From Catajapyx aquilonaris (taxonomy: Eukaryota), in assembly GCA_000934665.2 (NCBI GenBank), contig JYFJ02003724.1:1-38396 (forward strand): a stretch of 38,396 bases of DNA, given 5' to 3'. Below, one piece after another: positions 25,049 through 36,970 of this stretch (position 1 is its first letter; each line of letters opens with the position of its first letter). The position numbers and the translations under genes were made by a program. The notes beneath the pieces are model-generated. The model searched no databases. It was not told where the DNA came from and saw only the letters and a list, made by a program, of their open reading frames with translations.

Positions 25049-25374
25049 GAGTTTTTTGTTACAATATTGCTTGAAGCAGTTTTTAAGATTTCTGGCTCTA
25101 TAAAGTTATAATTATAACTAAATATTACTTAAACCTTCGATCAGGGAAAAATTTGCAACATAAACAGTTACCGGAAGTTTCAAATCCAATTTTTTAATGC
25201 AAAAATGAAGCGCTTTGCTGAATATTTTTGACTATATGCAACATATTCCTTTCTTTCTGTTGATTCGAGTCAAGACGCAAGGCACGTGACGAAGGAAACA
25301 AGACCATCGCAAATAGGAATGTTGGAGGACATTTTTGGGAGACCCCGTATATATCGGGAGGGCCCGACTTTCTA

Positions 25375-25414
25375 CCTCCTCCTCCTCCTCTTCCTCCTCC
25401 TCCTCCTCCTCCTC
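25375..25414. repeat. Imperfect (CCT)n microsatellite
   Basis: Directly visible; it explains the poly-G and poly-R ORFs. Confidence 0.9.
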
Positions 25415-28400
25415 TTTCCATTAGGGCTCCAGGGATCGATATTGGCGTAACCCGTCATGGAGTGAAAATGCTGATTAGCAATTCCACAATTTCCGCGGAA
25501 AAGAAGGCGGCCGGGCAAACCTCGTTTGCAATCAGGGGAGAGGAAACAGCGCGAAGAGGGGAGGGGAGAGGCGGGGAGGGAGAGAGGGAGAGAGGGGAGG
25601 CAGGGGGGAAATTGGCTCTTGGACGCACACACAACCGGCCTTTTTACACTCACGATTACATTTTTTTTCCAGCTGGCTTTTTTTTCCTATGTGGATTGGG
25701 GGAGATTTTGGGATGTGGCTGGAGAGAAAGCAGCTGAATTTCAAATGAGTCCTCAGACCAGGACGTGTAAAAGTGTCCAGGCAAATTTCGTCCCCTTTTT
25801 CCAGCAGCCTGCGTAGGTCTGCTACGCTCAAATCATGTAACCTGCTCGTTAGTTGCAATCGAATCTTTCATATCGAATTATTCTTATACGGTACATTGCC
25901 TGATTTGGCTTTCCAATAAGTGACGCTGCCTGGAGATGCAGCCATTCTGGATGCCTGTGAATGCGCCCATGCTTGGCAATATTTCGAAACCTGATTTTAA
26001 AATGCGTATCATTTGACGAATAGTTACATAATTTTGCCGATTACTCCTGATCTGTAGCGTACTTAGCTTTTAAGGCAACGTTCAACTACCAGTTCTGACT
26101 CACATTGAACACAGCTATATGGCAGCAAGGGACGTTACTGTAAAAGTATGCAGAATACTGTAGTAACAATACTAGAGAAAGGGTAAACCAATGCAGTAAA
26201 AATTTAAACCGTACCGGTATGTCATATCATGATGAATATTTAATGAGTAGCCTACATTTTAACGAAAAGACTTGCCGGAATGTTAGAATCTACTGCCTGC
26301 ATCATATCAGTAATACCACTAAATTAAAGGCGACACACCACACTGAATCTCCTAGAATATGGCTAGCGTAACTTTAGCAACTATTCTAGCAGCACAATAG
26401 CAACTTTGAAGACCGTAGCAAAAGTGAAGCCTTTCATACTGATATGGTACCAGCAGCCAAAAGAGGAACGGATATCATTTAAAAATATATAAGTTTATAC
26501 TTCTCCCTTACTCTTTCTGCAAAGTTGATAACTTTTCCTAGCGGTATAATGGGAAAGATGGCAAGAAGTTTTATCGACATACTGTATAAGTGCAAAGTTC
26601 AATACTGATAAGTGATGAGTATTACTTACAAAAGGATCCCTGCCAGGTTAGTTTTTCCTTCGACCGCCACAATTTTAAGTGGAAATATTGTTTCTAATAA
26701 ATTTTAACCAGTTTTGTCTCGTCTATTGTGGTACTTGGAATTCCGCCTATGAAAATTAATTTATATTAATTCGTTTTGATTGGGAATCGCCCAGGAACCC
26801 AACTGAATTAATTAAAATATTTTATATAACTACGATAGCTGATGTTCAATTTTTACCCTTGCCAATGGTTCACTAAAACTGGAATTTAATAAAATAAATA
26901 TGACCAAAATCATGGCTCACCATGAACCGATTAGAAGGGGCCTTCCCATGTGTATATCCAACCTAAAAATAATTCATTTTCCTAAATATAACTTTTAGTG
27001 AACAACATACGAATCTTAAAATCGGGCTTTAGTATTGCAAGAAAAACTCATTAAAATAATATAACGTTACTGGCGTACCCGGTGGAGAAGAAAATTTGAC
27101 AAATTTAAAACCCGAGGATTTTCACCAGATACCAAAATAGAGAGGACGAAAATTTAATTTCCCTCCTTCATCCTATACTGCGGAATTGAAGAATCATTTC
27201 TTGGAAGCATGTATATTAAGGGATAAATTTTCATTAAGATGAGTAATCCAATGCCACGTTAATTAGGTTACTGCTAAATACATATCAAAGAGGAATTAGC
27301 CATTTTATCACAGAACACATCATTATGTATACGCACTCTCCTCTTCTAAATCAACCATACTTTCCAAAATTATAGCGCAGTCTTCTCTGTAGGGCTGCCG
27401 GTACGCAGACTCGTGCAAAATGAACAAACTGTACAGGAATTCCTTATTTGCAGTGTGTGCATATTTACCTTCAGGGCCAATTTAGCCAATGTTACTGAAA
27501 TGAGTGTGCCGCATAATATTTGAGGGGGTCGGTAGGCTTACAGTAAAGAGGCCACATGTGTAATGGGCAGGCATCGAGCAAACATGCACTCGCTCATTTT
27601 CAACATGACCTATTTGATGACCGTTTATCCATAAAATGAGCCAAAAGATTGGGAGGCAAAAGGCCAGCACTCACTGGATGCAATTCGCGATAGAGCAGGG
27701 TCTATAGATTATTCTCTCTCTCTCTCCCTCTCCCTCCCTCTCTGGCCGTATTGATGGCAAAAGAAAGGGCAGGCTCTATCCGTCGACAAGTAGAGCCAAA
27801 TCGGAGAGCAGGGCCATTTTGGAGCGAGTAGGCACACACGCAACTGGCCATTCCTCATGGCTGGTGTCAAAGGCAGCGGCTGTTGTGAGATATACCACCT
27901 TTGGTCTACGGCTCCTTGAAAATGTGGGGTGGAGTAGGGTGGAATGGGGCGAGGTGGGTAGCCCTGCCGGGTTTTGGTACTCCCTTTGACATTGCTTGGG
28001 GAGGGAAAATGGGCAAGGGAGAGAGAAGGGTTTGAGAAAGCGGAATGAAGAGGAAACTTTGCAACCATCAAATCAACTAGGCCAATAAATTCAAGGCGGC
28101 GATTACCGCTCGGCGCTCGCATGGGGAAGAAGCACTCAGGCCCAGGGAACGGCTTGCCAGGACTTTGCAACAGTTTGCTAACTGGAATTCGACATTCTCG
28201 ACTCCACCTCTCCGCAAGGATAAGAGCCTAGACATTCTCTTCTTGGCAGGAGAGCCCTGCAACCATACCCATTCATATTTTTTTTATCTCTTCTCTTTCC
28301 AGAGTTAGTCGCCTCAACAGGACGCCTTAGGTCGCACCCTACCATATAAGGTGTATTAACACTAAAGGGGCAGATGCGGTCGAGACGCGGTCGCGTCTAC

Positions 28401-30489
28401 TGAGGCAAGGCTCAAGCTCTCTTCCTACTGTCATTGTAACCACACCTAGCTCTGTCTCACAATGACTTTCCTTATTATAACGGACATTTAAAAAGGCACG
28501 GCCATTAATGTATTAGGGTATAGAGCTAAAACAAGCCGTGCAAAAAATTCACGGTTGAGAATAAAACTTTGCCGGAAGAAAACATCTCCATCACAACTGA
28601 TATCAGAACGAGGCCATCAGATACAACACCAGAATCCGCACTGCAGCTAGGCGGAAAACGGATGGAAGGATGAGAGAAGACTGTTGGGGGGGGGGGGGCT
28701 AACACATAAATGAATTATTAGGAAGAAAGGCTGGAAAACCATATTCGCTTTTCCGAGAGTGCATACTTGATTGTTTTCAGTCTTTCGGCTATGCTCCTAC
28801 ATGCGGAGAAAATCGTGACCTGTGGCACCAGAACATTCAGTTTCTCATTGTTTATTTTCATATAATTGAAGGGTCGCTCTGAATAATGCTGTAAGTGATT
28901 ATTGTAACCCATGTCACTTACAACATTATTCGGGGCGATCCTTCAATTATGGGGGAACATTGTTTACCGTAACGTCTGTGATTTTTGGGGCAAAATTACA
29001 GACTCTTCAAAATAATGCATCCACACCCTCTTCCGCTCTCTTTCCGACATGCAGCTCCTCTCTTCTGCTTGGAATTATGTCTCGCCATTTTTAGGAGCAC
29101 AGTCACGAACAAAATTAACTTGGAAATTTTGAGGAATAAGATGCACAAACATTACGGAGGTCGGGGGGGGGGGTCTCGCGAGCCTTATTACAGCGTTATA
29201 CGGCCCAGAAGGAGACAAAATTCGCCAAAACCTGCATGGCATGTAATTTACGACCTCTCCCAACTGCATTAGTGCATGATAATGTCCCCTAGATATAATA
29301 ACACTACCAGGAACAACAACAACAACAACAACAATATCGTTAACATATAAATAAACACTGTGCTTCCTTTGTGACTGGTTGTTAAAAGTTGCGGCTCATG
29401 TTGTTAAAACAACTATTTCATCCAATGTCATCGTTACATCATTACGCAATGGTTGTCTGTCGTACGTATGAAACATCGGTCCTCTTGATGGTTCTCCAAA
29501 GAGCATGGGAGCCATATCAACAGAAGCGTATGCTAAACCACTTCAGCAGCTTCATTTATTTTACATGTGTGCAGTAATGAAAACCTACCGTAATTAACAA
29601 AGTGAAATTGTCCACATGTATACTTTTCAAAGTAGAGAGTTTACATTCTGATTAGTATTGGCCCTTGAACTATTCCAATCTGAAATGTCTGGCCCGCTCT
29701 GGCGCACTTGATTTTGACGAATAGCTAATGGTTGGAACAGGATTGGCATCCGAAGCTCCCCACAACTTATACCCCTTTCTTAGGTTACCGTCTAATTCGG
29801 CGCCTACAGTTTGGGCCAGGGGCGTCGTTCAAGTGTCAAGGCCGGGAAATAGCGTCGGCTTCTTGCGGAACCTGCGGTCTGGGGAATTGGGGGTAATTAA
29901 TTGCAGGCTGGGCTTGGGATTCGCCTCCAAGTCCCTGAATCTCATTCCCCGTCTGGTTTCCTGCAGGAAACCGAGTTCTCCTAGCTTTCTGCTCGGAAAC
30001 ATGGCCGATTCATCATATGCCATCTTACTTCGCCAGTTCACAAAGAATCACTTTTCTGATAAAGACACGTCAAATCCATTCTACCCAACAATAATTTCAT
30101 TTTTAAATGGGCAGGATAATATTATGCACATGGCTCTATTTTTGTAAGGAATTTAATAAAATAATGCTACCTGAGTAAATTGAAACAAACATTGAGGCGA
30201 CGGAAGAAAACATGATACAATGCACTTCAACTGGATGATCAGTACGGTACTAATTACAGGTTATCTCATTTCAAAATTGAAGTACTATTAGGAATTGCCA
30301 AATGTTCTTCAACTACTAATACAGTACTGTATATCCACATGATGGTGGATATCTTTCTCGACAATTGCACACAAATCCCATGTTCATGAAACATTTTTCC
30401 TTATTTTGGTAGGCCTACCAGATTTTTTTCATAGAATTGGTGAAACAAGTGACTGTCACTCGAGGAAAAATATGAATCATAGTCTGCCT

Positions 30490-30640
30490 GCCCAAAGATG
30501 TACATTGTACAGTACCATTGAGACACTGTTAGAGACTTTGAGTAATGCCCAGATCTGAGATGTTCTCCAATAGTTCAAGTGCAACGTCTTGGAGCATCCT
30601 CCAAATAGTCCAGACCTTGCAGCCAGTGACCTTCACAAGT
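30490..30640 (+). pseudogene. Degenerate mariner (DD34D-type) transposase fragment
   Basis: DVLQ*FKCNVLEHPPNSPDLAASDLH (LEHPP from 30589), matching the mariner HPPYSPDLAPSD.HLF motif; weaker LPK and ETL remnants upstream. Confidence 0.75.
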
Positions 30641-30666
30641 TTTGCCTCTTCTAGAACATTTTTGGC

Positions 30667-30668
<2 letters not shown>

Positions 30669-30705
<37 letters not shown>
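30669..30705. repeat. (GA)18 microsatellite
   Basis: Directly visible. Confidence 0.97.
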
Positions 30706-30706
<1 letters not shown>

Positions 30707-31000
30707 ATAGGAATGACTAAAACACGAAGGAATGTAGGGCTGGCGGCCCCTGTTGGTTCCAATTAACTTTTCCGCGTCTGTTCAGTCTGAAGAGTGGTTG
30801 TGTTAGCATTGACAGAACCGATTGATCCAGTCTCGAAACCTGGTGAAGATTTTTTCCTTCGTCTAGTCTTGATGCCATTCTCAGTTACTTTGTTATCTAC
30901 AGGGTGGTCAACTAGGAATGAACACGCTAACAAAGCCTTTGCTCAGTCAGCCGATTTCCAGATGTCACAAGGTTACATGTAGCATTTCCAAACGGTCGGC

Positions 31001-31217
31001 CATTATTTATGTCAATCCCGTATATCGGCCACGTGTCAAAATTACACCAAATTACGCCATGGGAGACAAATGGGAGAACCCCGAGGAAACCCACGCGAAC
31101 ACGGAGAAAACCTCTTGAAACTATTTACAAGTGAAAAAATCGACCGGTGGATCGAACGTGGATCATCAGAGGTGGACGGCTGTGACGACTTTAGCCACTA
31201 CATCAGCGTGCCGCGCC
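31001..31217 (-). mobile_element. Old tRNA-derived SINE with a V-SINE-like central domain
   Basis: Minus strand: head ggcgcggcacgctgatgtagtggct...gttcgatcc (degenerate A and B boxes), then ttctccgtgttcgcgtgggtttcctcggggttctcccatttgtctccc, and an ataaataat-like tail. No TSD identified. Confidence 0.65.
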
Positions 31218-32559
31218 ATATCAATATCATTGATGCTAATGTTTCCCTGTTATATTATTAATCATCATCAAGAAAACCTTTAATATTCACGCTATCATAA
31301 ATACGCTGTATATTAGGTTAGCTTTTGTATAGTAACCAACAAAAAAACCACACGCTCGTTAGTAAAAGACCAATAGGTTGATAACAATAGAAAACAAAAA
31401 CTCCATTTGTTTAACTGAAGGTGTGCTATGTAGCAGTTAGTACCACTGAGAGAGTGGGTTGCGTATTACGACGAGAGAGATATTAGTAACTATTATAATT
31501 ATGGTACATTTGTTGCCACCATTGTTGCCATAGCTTTTGTGACTTTTTAGCATTGAGAAAATAGTATGTAACTAGACCTACTGTGCACCTGTAAAATGGT
31601 ACAAAATATTTTTTATGTAGTAAACAATAAATCATTTTCTTCATTGTTACCTTTGTTAGTAGCAGTTGGAAATTATTTCTGGCCTTATCGTCATTTTTAC
31701 AAGATAGTGTAGAGTCCAAAGGTTTAGCCTCACCTAAAATTATGTGTCCAGATTTCTACATGAATGTAGGCTACTCTTTTGTAGGGTAAATGACGTAGTA
31801 AAAAACTATCAGGTCCGCGATTTGTTCTTGACTATACATAGCCATTGCAAGAAAGCAGCTAGCAACTACTGTGGTACCAAAAAGTAAACTCATATCCGCA
31901 AACTTAATCGATGGATATCCTTTGGAGCACTTTAAGTGATGCATTTAGGGCTTAACCTTAGTGTGTGGAAGTTGTCATATCTGGAGAGAGTGGCAAGCAT
32001 TGCATGCGTGTGTTGCAGTTCAGATATCATCAATTATTCACAATCTCGACTCCACTTAGCATTTCCAGCCCCGTTGCCATATTGAAGGTCAAATGTTCAA
32101 TGATGCAGATATGCGCTTATTTTAGGGTCCCAATAAGACAAAAAATCTGTGACAAGGCATATTTTTATTCTGAATGGAGACAGTCCGAAATTAGGTCCCA
32201 TCATTTATCAGTAGGCCTATAGCTTTTTAAAAGGCTTGTGTTAATGGGTCGCTGGCCACAAGTTTCAGGTGTGGTCAGTTTGAAAATTATTCGTTATATT
32301 TAACAAAAAATTCAGTTGTTTGCAGCTCAGTGTATTAAAACGATATCGTATACGCATAATAATTGAAACATTATCGTGCTTTCCAGCTGTGATTCAGTCA
32401 TCTGGAATACTCATCGGAAAATTATTACCAGCAATTCTATTAATGAAGTTGGCATATAGTGTGTTGCATATAGTGTGATTTTTACAAAATGCAGCCATAG
32501 ATTCGTTCGTCTTTGTAGGCTAAGCCGATAAGCGTAAATAATGGGTATGTGGGGATGTG

Positions 32560-32870
32560 CTTGTGTATAACAGGATTACACTGCCCCTTGCGCTCAAAGA
32601 CTTCAAACAATGCTCTTCTCCACGAAACTCATCACGACTCTCCCAATATTTGTCCCTATGGTTTCCATTGTTGTGTTCTGGCTCGTGCATTAGTAGGTGA
32701 GGCATGCGACTTTCGGCAAATTGCGCTTTCCCTCAGTGTAGCATATTGTGGAGGCAACAGAGACTGGTCCATATCAGGGATGAAAGGGTGAGTGTTTTTC
32801 TCTTTGCCCATCTCCCGCACCACATATGCAGTTATGTATCCGTTTCTCTGAAGAATAAAAACAATCTTTT
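32560..32870 (-). pseudogene. Degenerate mariner transposase, central part
   Basis: ILQRNGYIT (cf. I..NRRIT), LRESAICRKS/MPHLLMHEPE (cf. L..RK.CARWVPHLLT.EQK) and EFRGEEHCLKSL (cf. F..E..FL..I) in order across ORFs 32656-32973 and 32520-32705. Confidence 0.5.
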
Positions 32871-34326
32871 GTTGTATGTCTCTGAACAATAATGTCAAAA
32901 AAACTACGCTGATGTCTAAGATTGGATGGATAATGGGTGGAATATGAGCCAAAAAATTACTCAGCAACATCACATGCAGTGTAGCTTCATAATATACAGT
33001 AGGTATACAGTTTTACAGTATATAGCGCCTACACTGCCTAAGTCCCCAGTGAAGCAACAATCATGTCCAAAATCACTCGTAGCTATTGTTTAAACTGGTT
33101 GTTTTCCTAAATAATTCGTAACTTCTCACCATGAACCGGGAAATGGAGCAGTGCATTGCCCTATAAGGTATGGTTTAAAAAATAGTAGGCCTATTTCAGG
33201 TACAGTACGGTAGAATTGGCCCTCACCCTACAGGCATATTGCTGAAGCTACTATAAGTCCACCGAAAGGAGAAGCCACGTGCCAGGGATAACCTATCACA
33301 GACCTGTGGTTCATTATTCTTTGCTGTCACAAACAGTACTAAAAATACAATCTACCATCTCTGGCTGTTACAAGATCAGCCGTTTACAGTATTTCCGAGC
33401 TTTAGAGGAAAGTGGAAACGCGTAATTCTTTGTTTATCCTCCCAAAATGGAAGTTATATTTACGTGGGCTTCACTCACATAATACCCCCATCTCCCCACC
33501 CTCCCTTCACCAAACTATGGTTTGCCTCCACCATAACTCTCTTTTTAGAAGATTTGTATGAGGTTCTGCGAGCACTCTCAGGATGCAGCCGCACCCAACA
33601 TTTCGCCTTCCTTCCGAATGGCAATAAATTCATTACCTCTGCCATTTGGTTGGAGAAGAAGAAAAAATGAAGACGGTAACCGGAACGCAACATTTTGACT
33701 TCACTGTTCAACATTTTGACAAAGCACGCTTATTTCAAGTGTGCTGGCATCAATTTGAATAATAATGACAGCTGCAATTATTGACTTCTATGGGAAAAAA
33801 GGTGGACCTTTTTATATCATAAGCAGGGGAGGAAAAGGCGATTGGGCACACTCTGTATTAGTTTCAGGCAGGGATTTTATTATCATACATATTATTATGT
33901 AGTGGCTTCATGAGACTGTCCCATTACCATATGGAGTTATTGCTATTGGAAATCTCGCAGGTACATTTAGAGCATGTCTATGTAACAGTTAAAACACCAT
34001 TTCCGTGATTCATTGCATCAGGGTCACTCTGGGTGTGATTAATTTTACGACGAATCTAACCAACTGATTGGTCACAGTGTGACAAAATAATGTAAAAAAA
34101 TTCAAGCGCAATATACAGTGTTTCAGATGAATTGTCCCACTGAATAATCCAAACTGGACATCAATTATGCTTTTTCACACGTAACTTCTATCGGGGGTTT
34201 CAAAAATACCCAGTATAATCTACTTAAAATGCTAATTTGCCTGGAAAGAGTCATTTTTGGATCCAAATTGAAATAACTCTGAAATTATAAATAAGTCGAA
34301 TTAAATATTTTTCCTATTTTACGCAC

Positions 34327-34674
34327 AAGGACATGAGACGAATCTTATGGGAAAGGTTGAGCCAGTTGGATTCGGCTGAAACTTGGTCAGTTGATACATC
34401 TTGATCTCAGGGTCAATATATTGTTCTGAAGGCCGAAGAATATCTACCGTGTCGTTTGGCCGCTAGAGCCTCTATACATCTACAACATACATGAAAATAA
34501 GTCCGATAGGACACCTAAAATTACGACTTTGAGCGCCTCTAACGGCCAAACGGCATGGTAGATTTTCTTCGGCCTTCAGACCAATTGACCCTGAGGTCAA
34601 GATGTATCAACTGACCAAGTTTCAGCCCAATCAAACTGTCTCAACTTTTCCCATAAGATTCGTCCCACGTCCTT
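34327..34674. mobile_element. MITE (~350 bp) with ~140-bp inverted arms, superfamily unresolved
   Basis: aaggacatgagacgaatcttatgggaaaggttgag...cgtttggccgctagag pairs with ctctaacggccaaacg...ctcaacttttcccataagattcgtcccacgtcctt. TSD not preserved. Confidence 0.88.
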
Positions 34675-35929
34675 TAGTTCTTACAGGAATGTCTCTTCAC
34701 AATCATTGAAGAAGAAACCATACGTAACTCAAATTCATTGTTGTGCTATTAGCATAGCTCTTTATATTTCTCGTTTCACCGCACACAAATATATCTAGCA
34801 CTATTTACAAAAATTGGACTATTCCACAAAAAAATCACATTACCAAATTATTAAGGTAACTTCATCAAACACTTCATTTTCCCAGCGAGCATGCAGTTAT
34901 TTTACACCCAATCTGCGAGCGTATAGTCCATCCATTTTTTATTTTTTTTTGGCGAGAAGTGAAACACCCTATATAGTACTGTAGTAGGAGAGGCACAAAA
35001 AATAGGATGCTAAAGCCGGAGCATATTCCGGAAGAGAGGGAGGAAGGGGAGAAAGGTGGGGGTGGGGGGTGTTGGAGTAAACCTTTGTACTTTGCCAACT
35101 CATTATTAACCTTTTACAGTGGTTCCATGCGGCAACCTCCGGGGCCCTGAGGTCAGCAGAATGTGAAATCGTCATGGAAAGTGATGCAACCACTTGCCGA
35201 AGGAAATGAACTAAATTAGTAAAATCGTCCGTAGCCCAAGACCGGGGCTCTAAATTGCGTAATTATATTCGAGTGAAATGGCGTCGCTCACCATATAATC
35301 AGCCAAATCTCCTTGCGGCGGGTATGACACCGCCGGACTAACGATACGATATTTGAACGTGCGTGTCCTATCATTTGCCTCATTACTGGACGCCATCAAT
35401 TTTTTTCAACTCATTTCATTGGCAATGGATGTAACACGTGGTACATTTCAAGTGTAGGATTGCATTACCAAACTAATCACGAGGAGAGCACTTGTGAAGC
35501 TGCGAACAAACAACAAAGCTGCTGCTGCATATTACCTGCAACTCTTTCTCCACAATCCGCTTAATGTCACAACCTGTGATATTAATATAGACCGATGAAT
35601 ACTAACAGGATTAATTCAGATTACATTTCCTACTCGGGCTTAAATTGATCTTATAATCACCATAAACAGCGTGTTACAAAGCAGCCCGAAAGAAGCATAA
35701 CTGCTTTTTAAAAAGGCAGATAACGCGAAGAATTTCTAATCGAAACGGACAGATTAATTGGAACAAGCTGTAAAGACTATTTACATTTAAATAGCTGAAG
35801 AGTTATAAATCATACACGTCTACCTTTTTCCTCATTATTATGCTTTCTCAATATTATGTTTCCCTTAACCTAAGTCATACCTTAGGTTAAGGGAAACATA
35901 TTGTACTTGCAACAGGAGCTCAAGCAACA

Positions 35930-36160
35930 TCGAGCCATGTGGAATGCAACACTGATAGATTGCATCCCTACCGAATACTACACCGTGTGTTAAAAGTACC
36001 TGACTGCCCATTTTCCAACATGGCAGCCCTGAATGAACCACCAATTTCCGCCACACACAACATGTCAGTGCAACGGTCTTTGAGCGAGAATATGCCACTG
36101 ACGAGGCAACTTGACTCTGCCTATAAGCACTACAAAATTTTACATTGTTCTGACCCCCAT
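35930..36160 (+). pseudogene. Degenerate Tc1/mariner transposase fragment
   Basis: DRLHPYRILHRVLKVPDCP (L at 35960; cf. LHPYK....L...D.P), TDEAT at 36097-36111 (first catalytic D motif), then LH.SDPH (cf. N.H.W...NPH). Confidence 0.55.
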
Positions 36161-36970
36161 GTATACAGTATAGCCCCGTATCTCTGATAAAATCGGGTGA
36201 CACTTCAGGCACCAAGGAGCATTTACGGGCCTTTGGTAAATGTCTCTGTTTCTCTTCTGTCTGTAAACAAGATTATCAGTAATTTTTCTGTATAAGCTGC
36301 ATACTATAGAGACGTTCCTAAATGTGATTTTACCGATATAGTAGCCACGGAACTAACCTATTCTCCACTCTATAAGCCATAAGGCTCAAGATTGGGCCAG
36401 CACAAAAGAAATGATAAGTAGATTCCAGAGTGAGCCTATACCTTATATTTACTTCTTCCTTCCGCTTGGCATTATTGCATACCCACCAGCCAAAAGGGTA
36501 AAAAATAAATGAGCACAACCATCACTTCCGATCGTATCATCCAGGCTGCTCGTCCAACTTAAACCCAATCACATGCGATGAGACTTCCCCTTTGATCGCT
36601 GGGTAAACCAATGCTGTGATTGGTGCCCTTAACCCGAATTACGGCCCGGACGAAAATCCAAGAGATTGAATTCACAAAATCTTCCTAATGGGCCTACAGT
36701 CGAGACCGATAAGTATGCCAATAGACCTGTTCTTTCGGTTATCCGAGTATGAAGCTACTCGTTATGCTGATGATTGTAGTTTTCTCTACCAGTTAAATAT
36801 TAGCTTATTAGTCGACGTTTTCCAAGATATTTCAGGAAACATTTCCTGTTGGTAAATGGTCAGAAAGGTTTGTTGTTCATTTTAGTCAACAGTGTTTTCA
36901 ACAAACACATCTGGCTCTTTTCCAACCGGACACAGTCATATTATAAAATCGGACCTAATATGTATATATA

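Noticed and set aside
25180..25349. Tc1-like right end ggacatttttgggagaccccg|ta
   Set aside because: No matching left TIR was located, so boundaries cannot be supported.
28278..28355. Strong + strand splice acceptor (tctcttctctttccag) suggesting a host exon
   Set aside because: All three frames hit stops within ~50 nt and the donor is weak; a non-coding exon cannot be excluded.
29955..29972. Perfect 18-bp palindrome ggtttcctgcaggaaacc
   Set aside because: Isolated, with no supporting context for a function.
30790..30935. Minus-strand FETGSI motif and a tacagggtggtc terminus
   Set aside because: Isolated short motifs with inconsistent orientation and no partner TIR.
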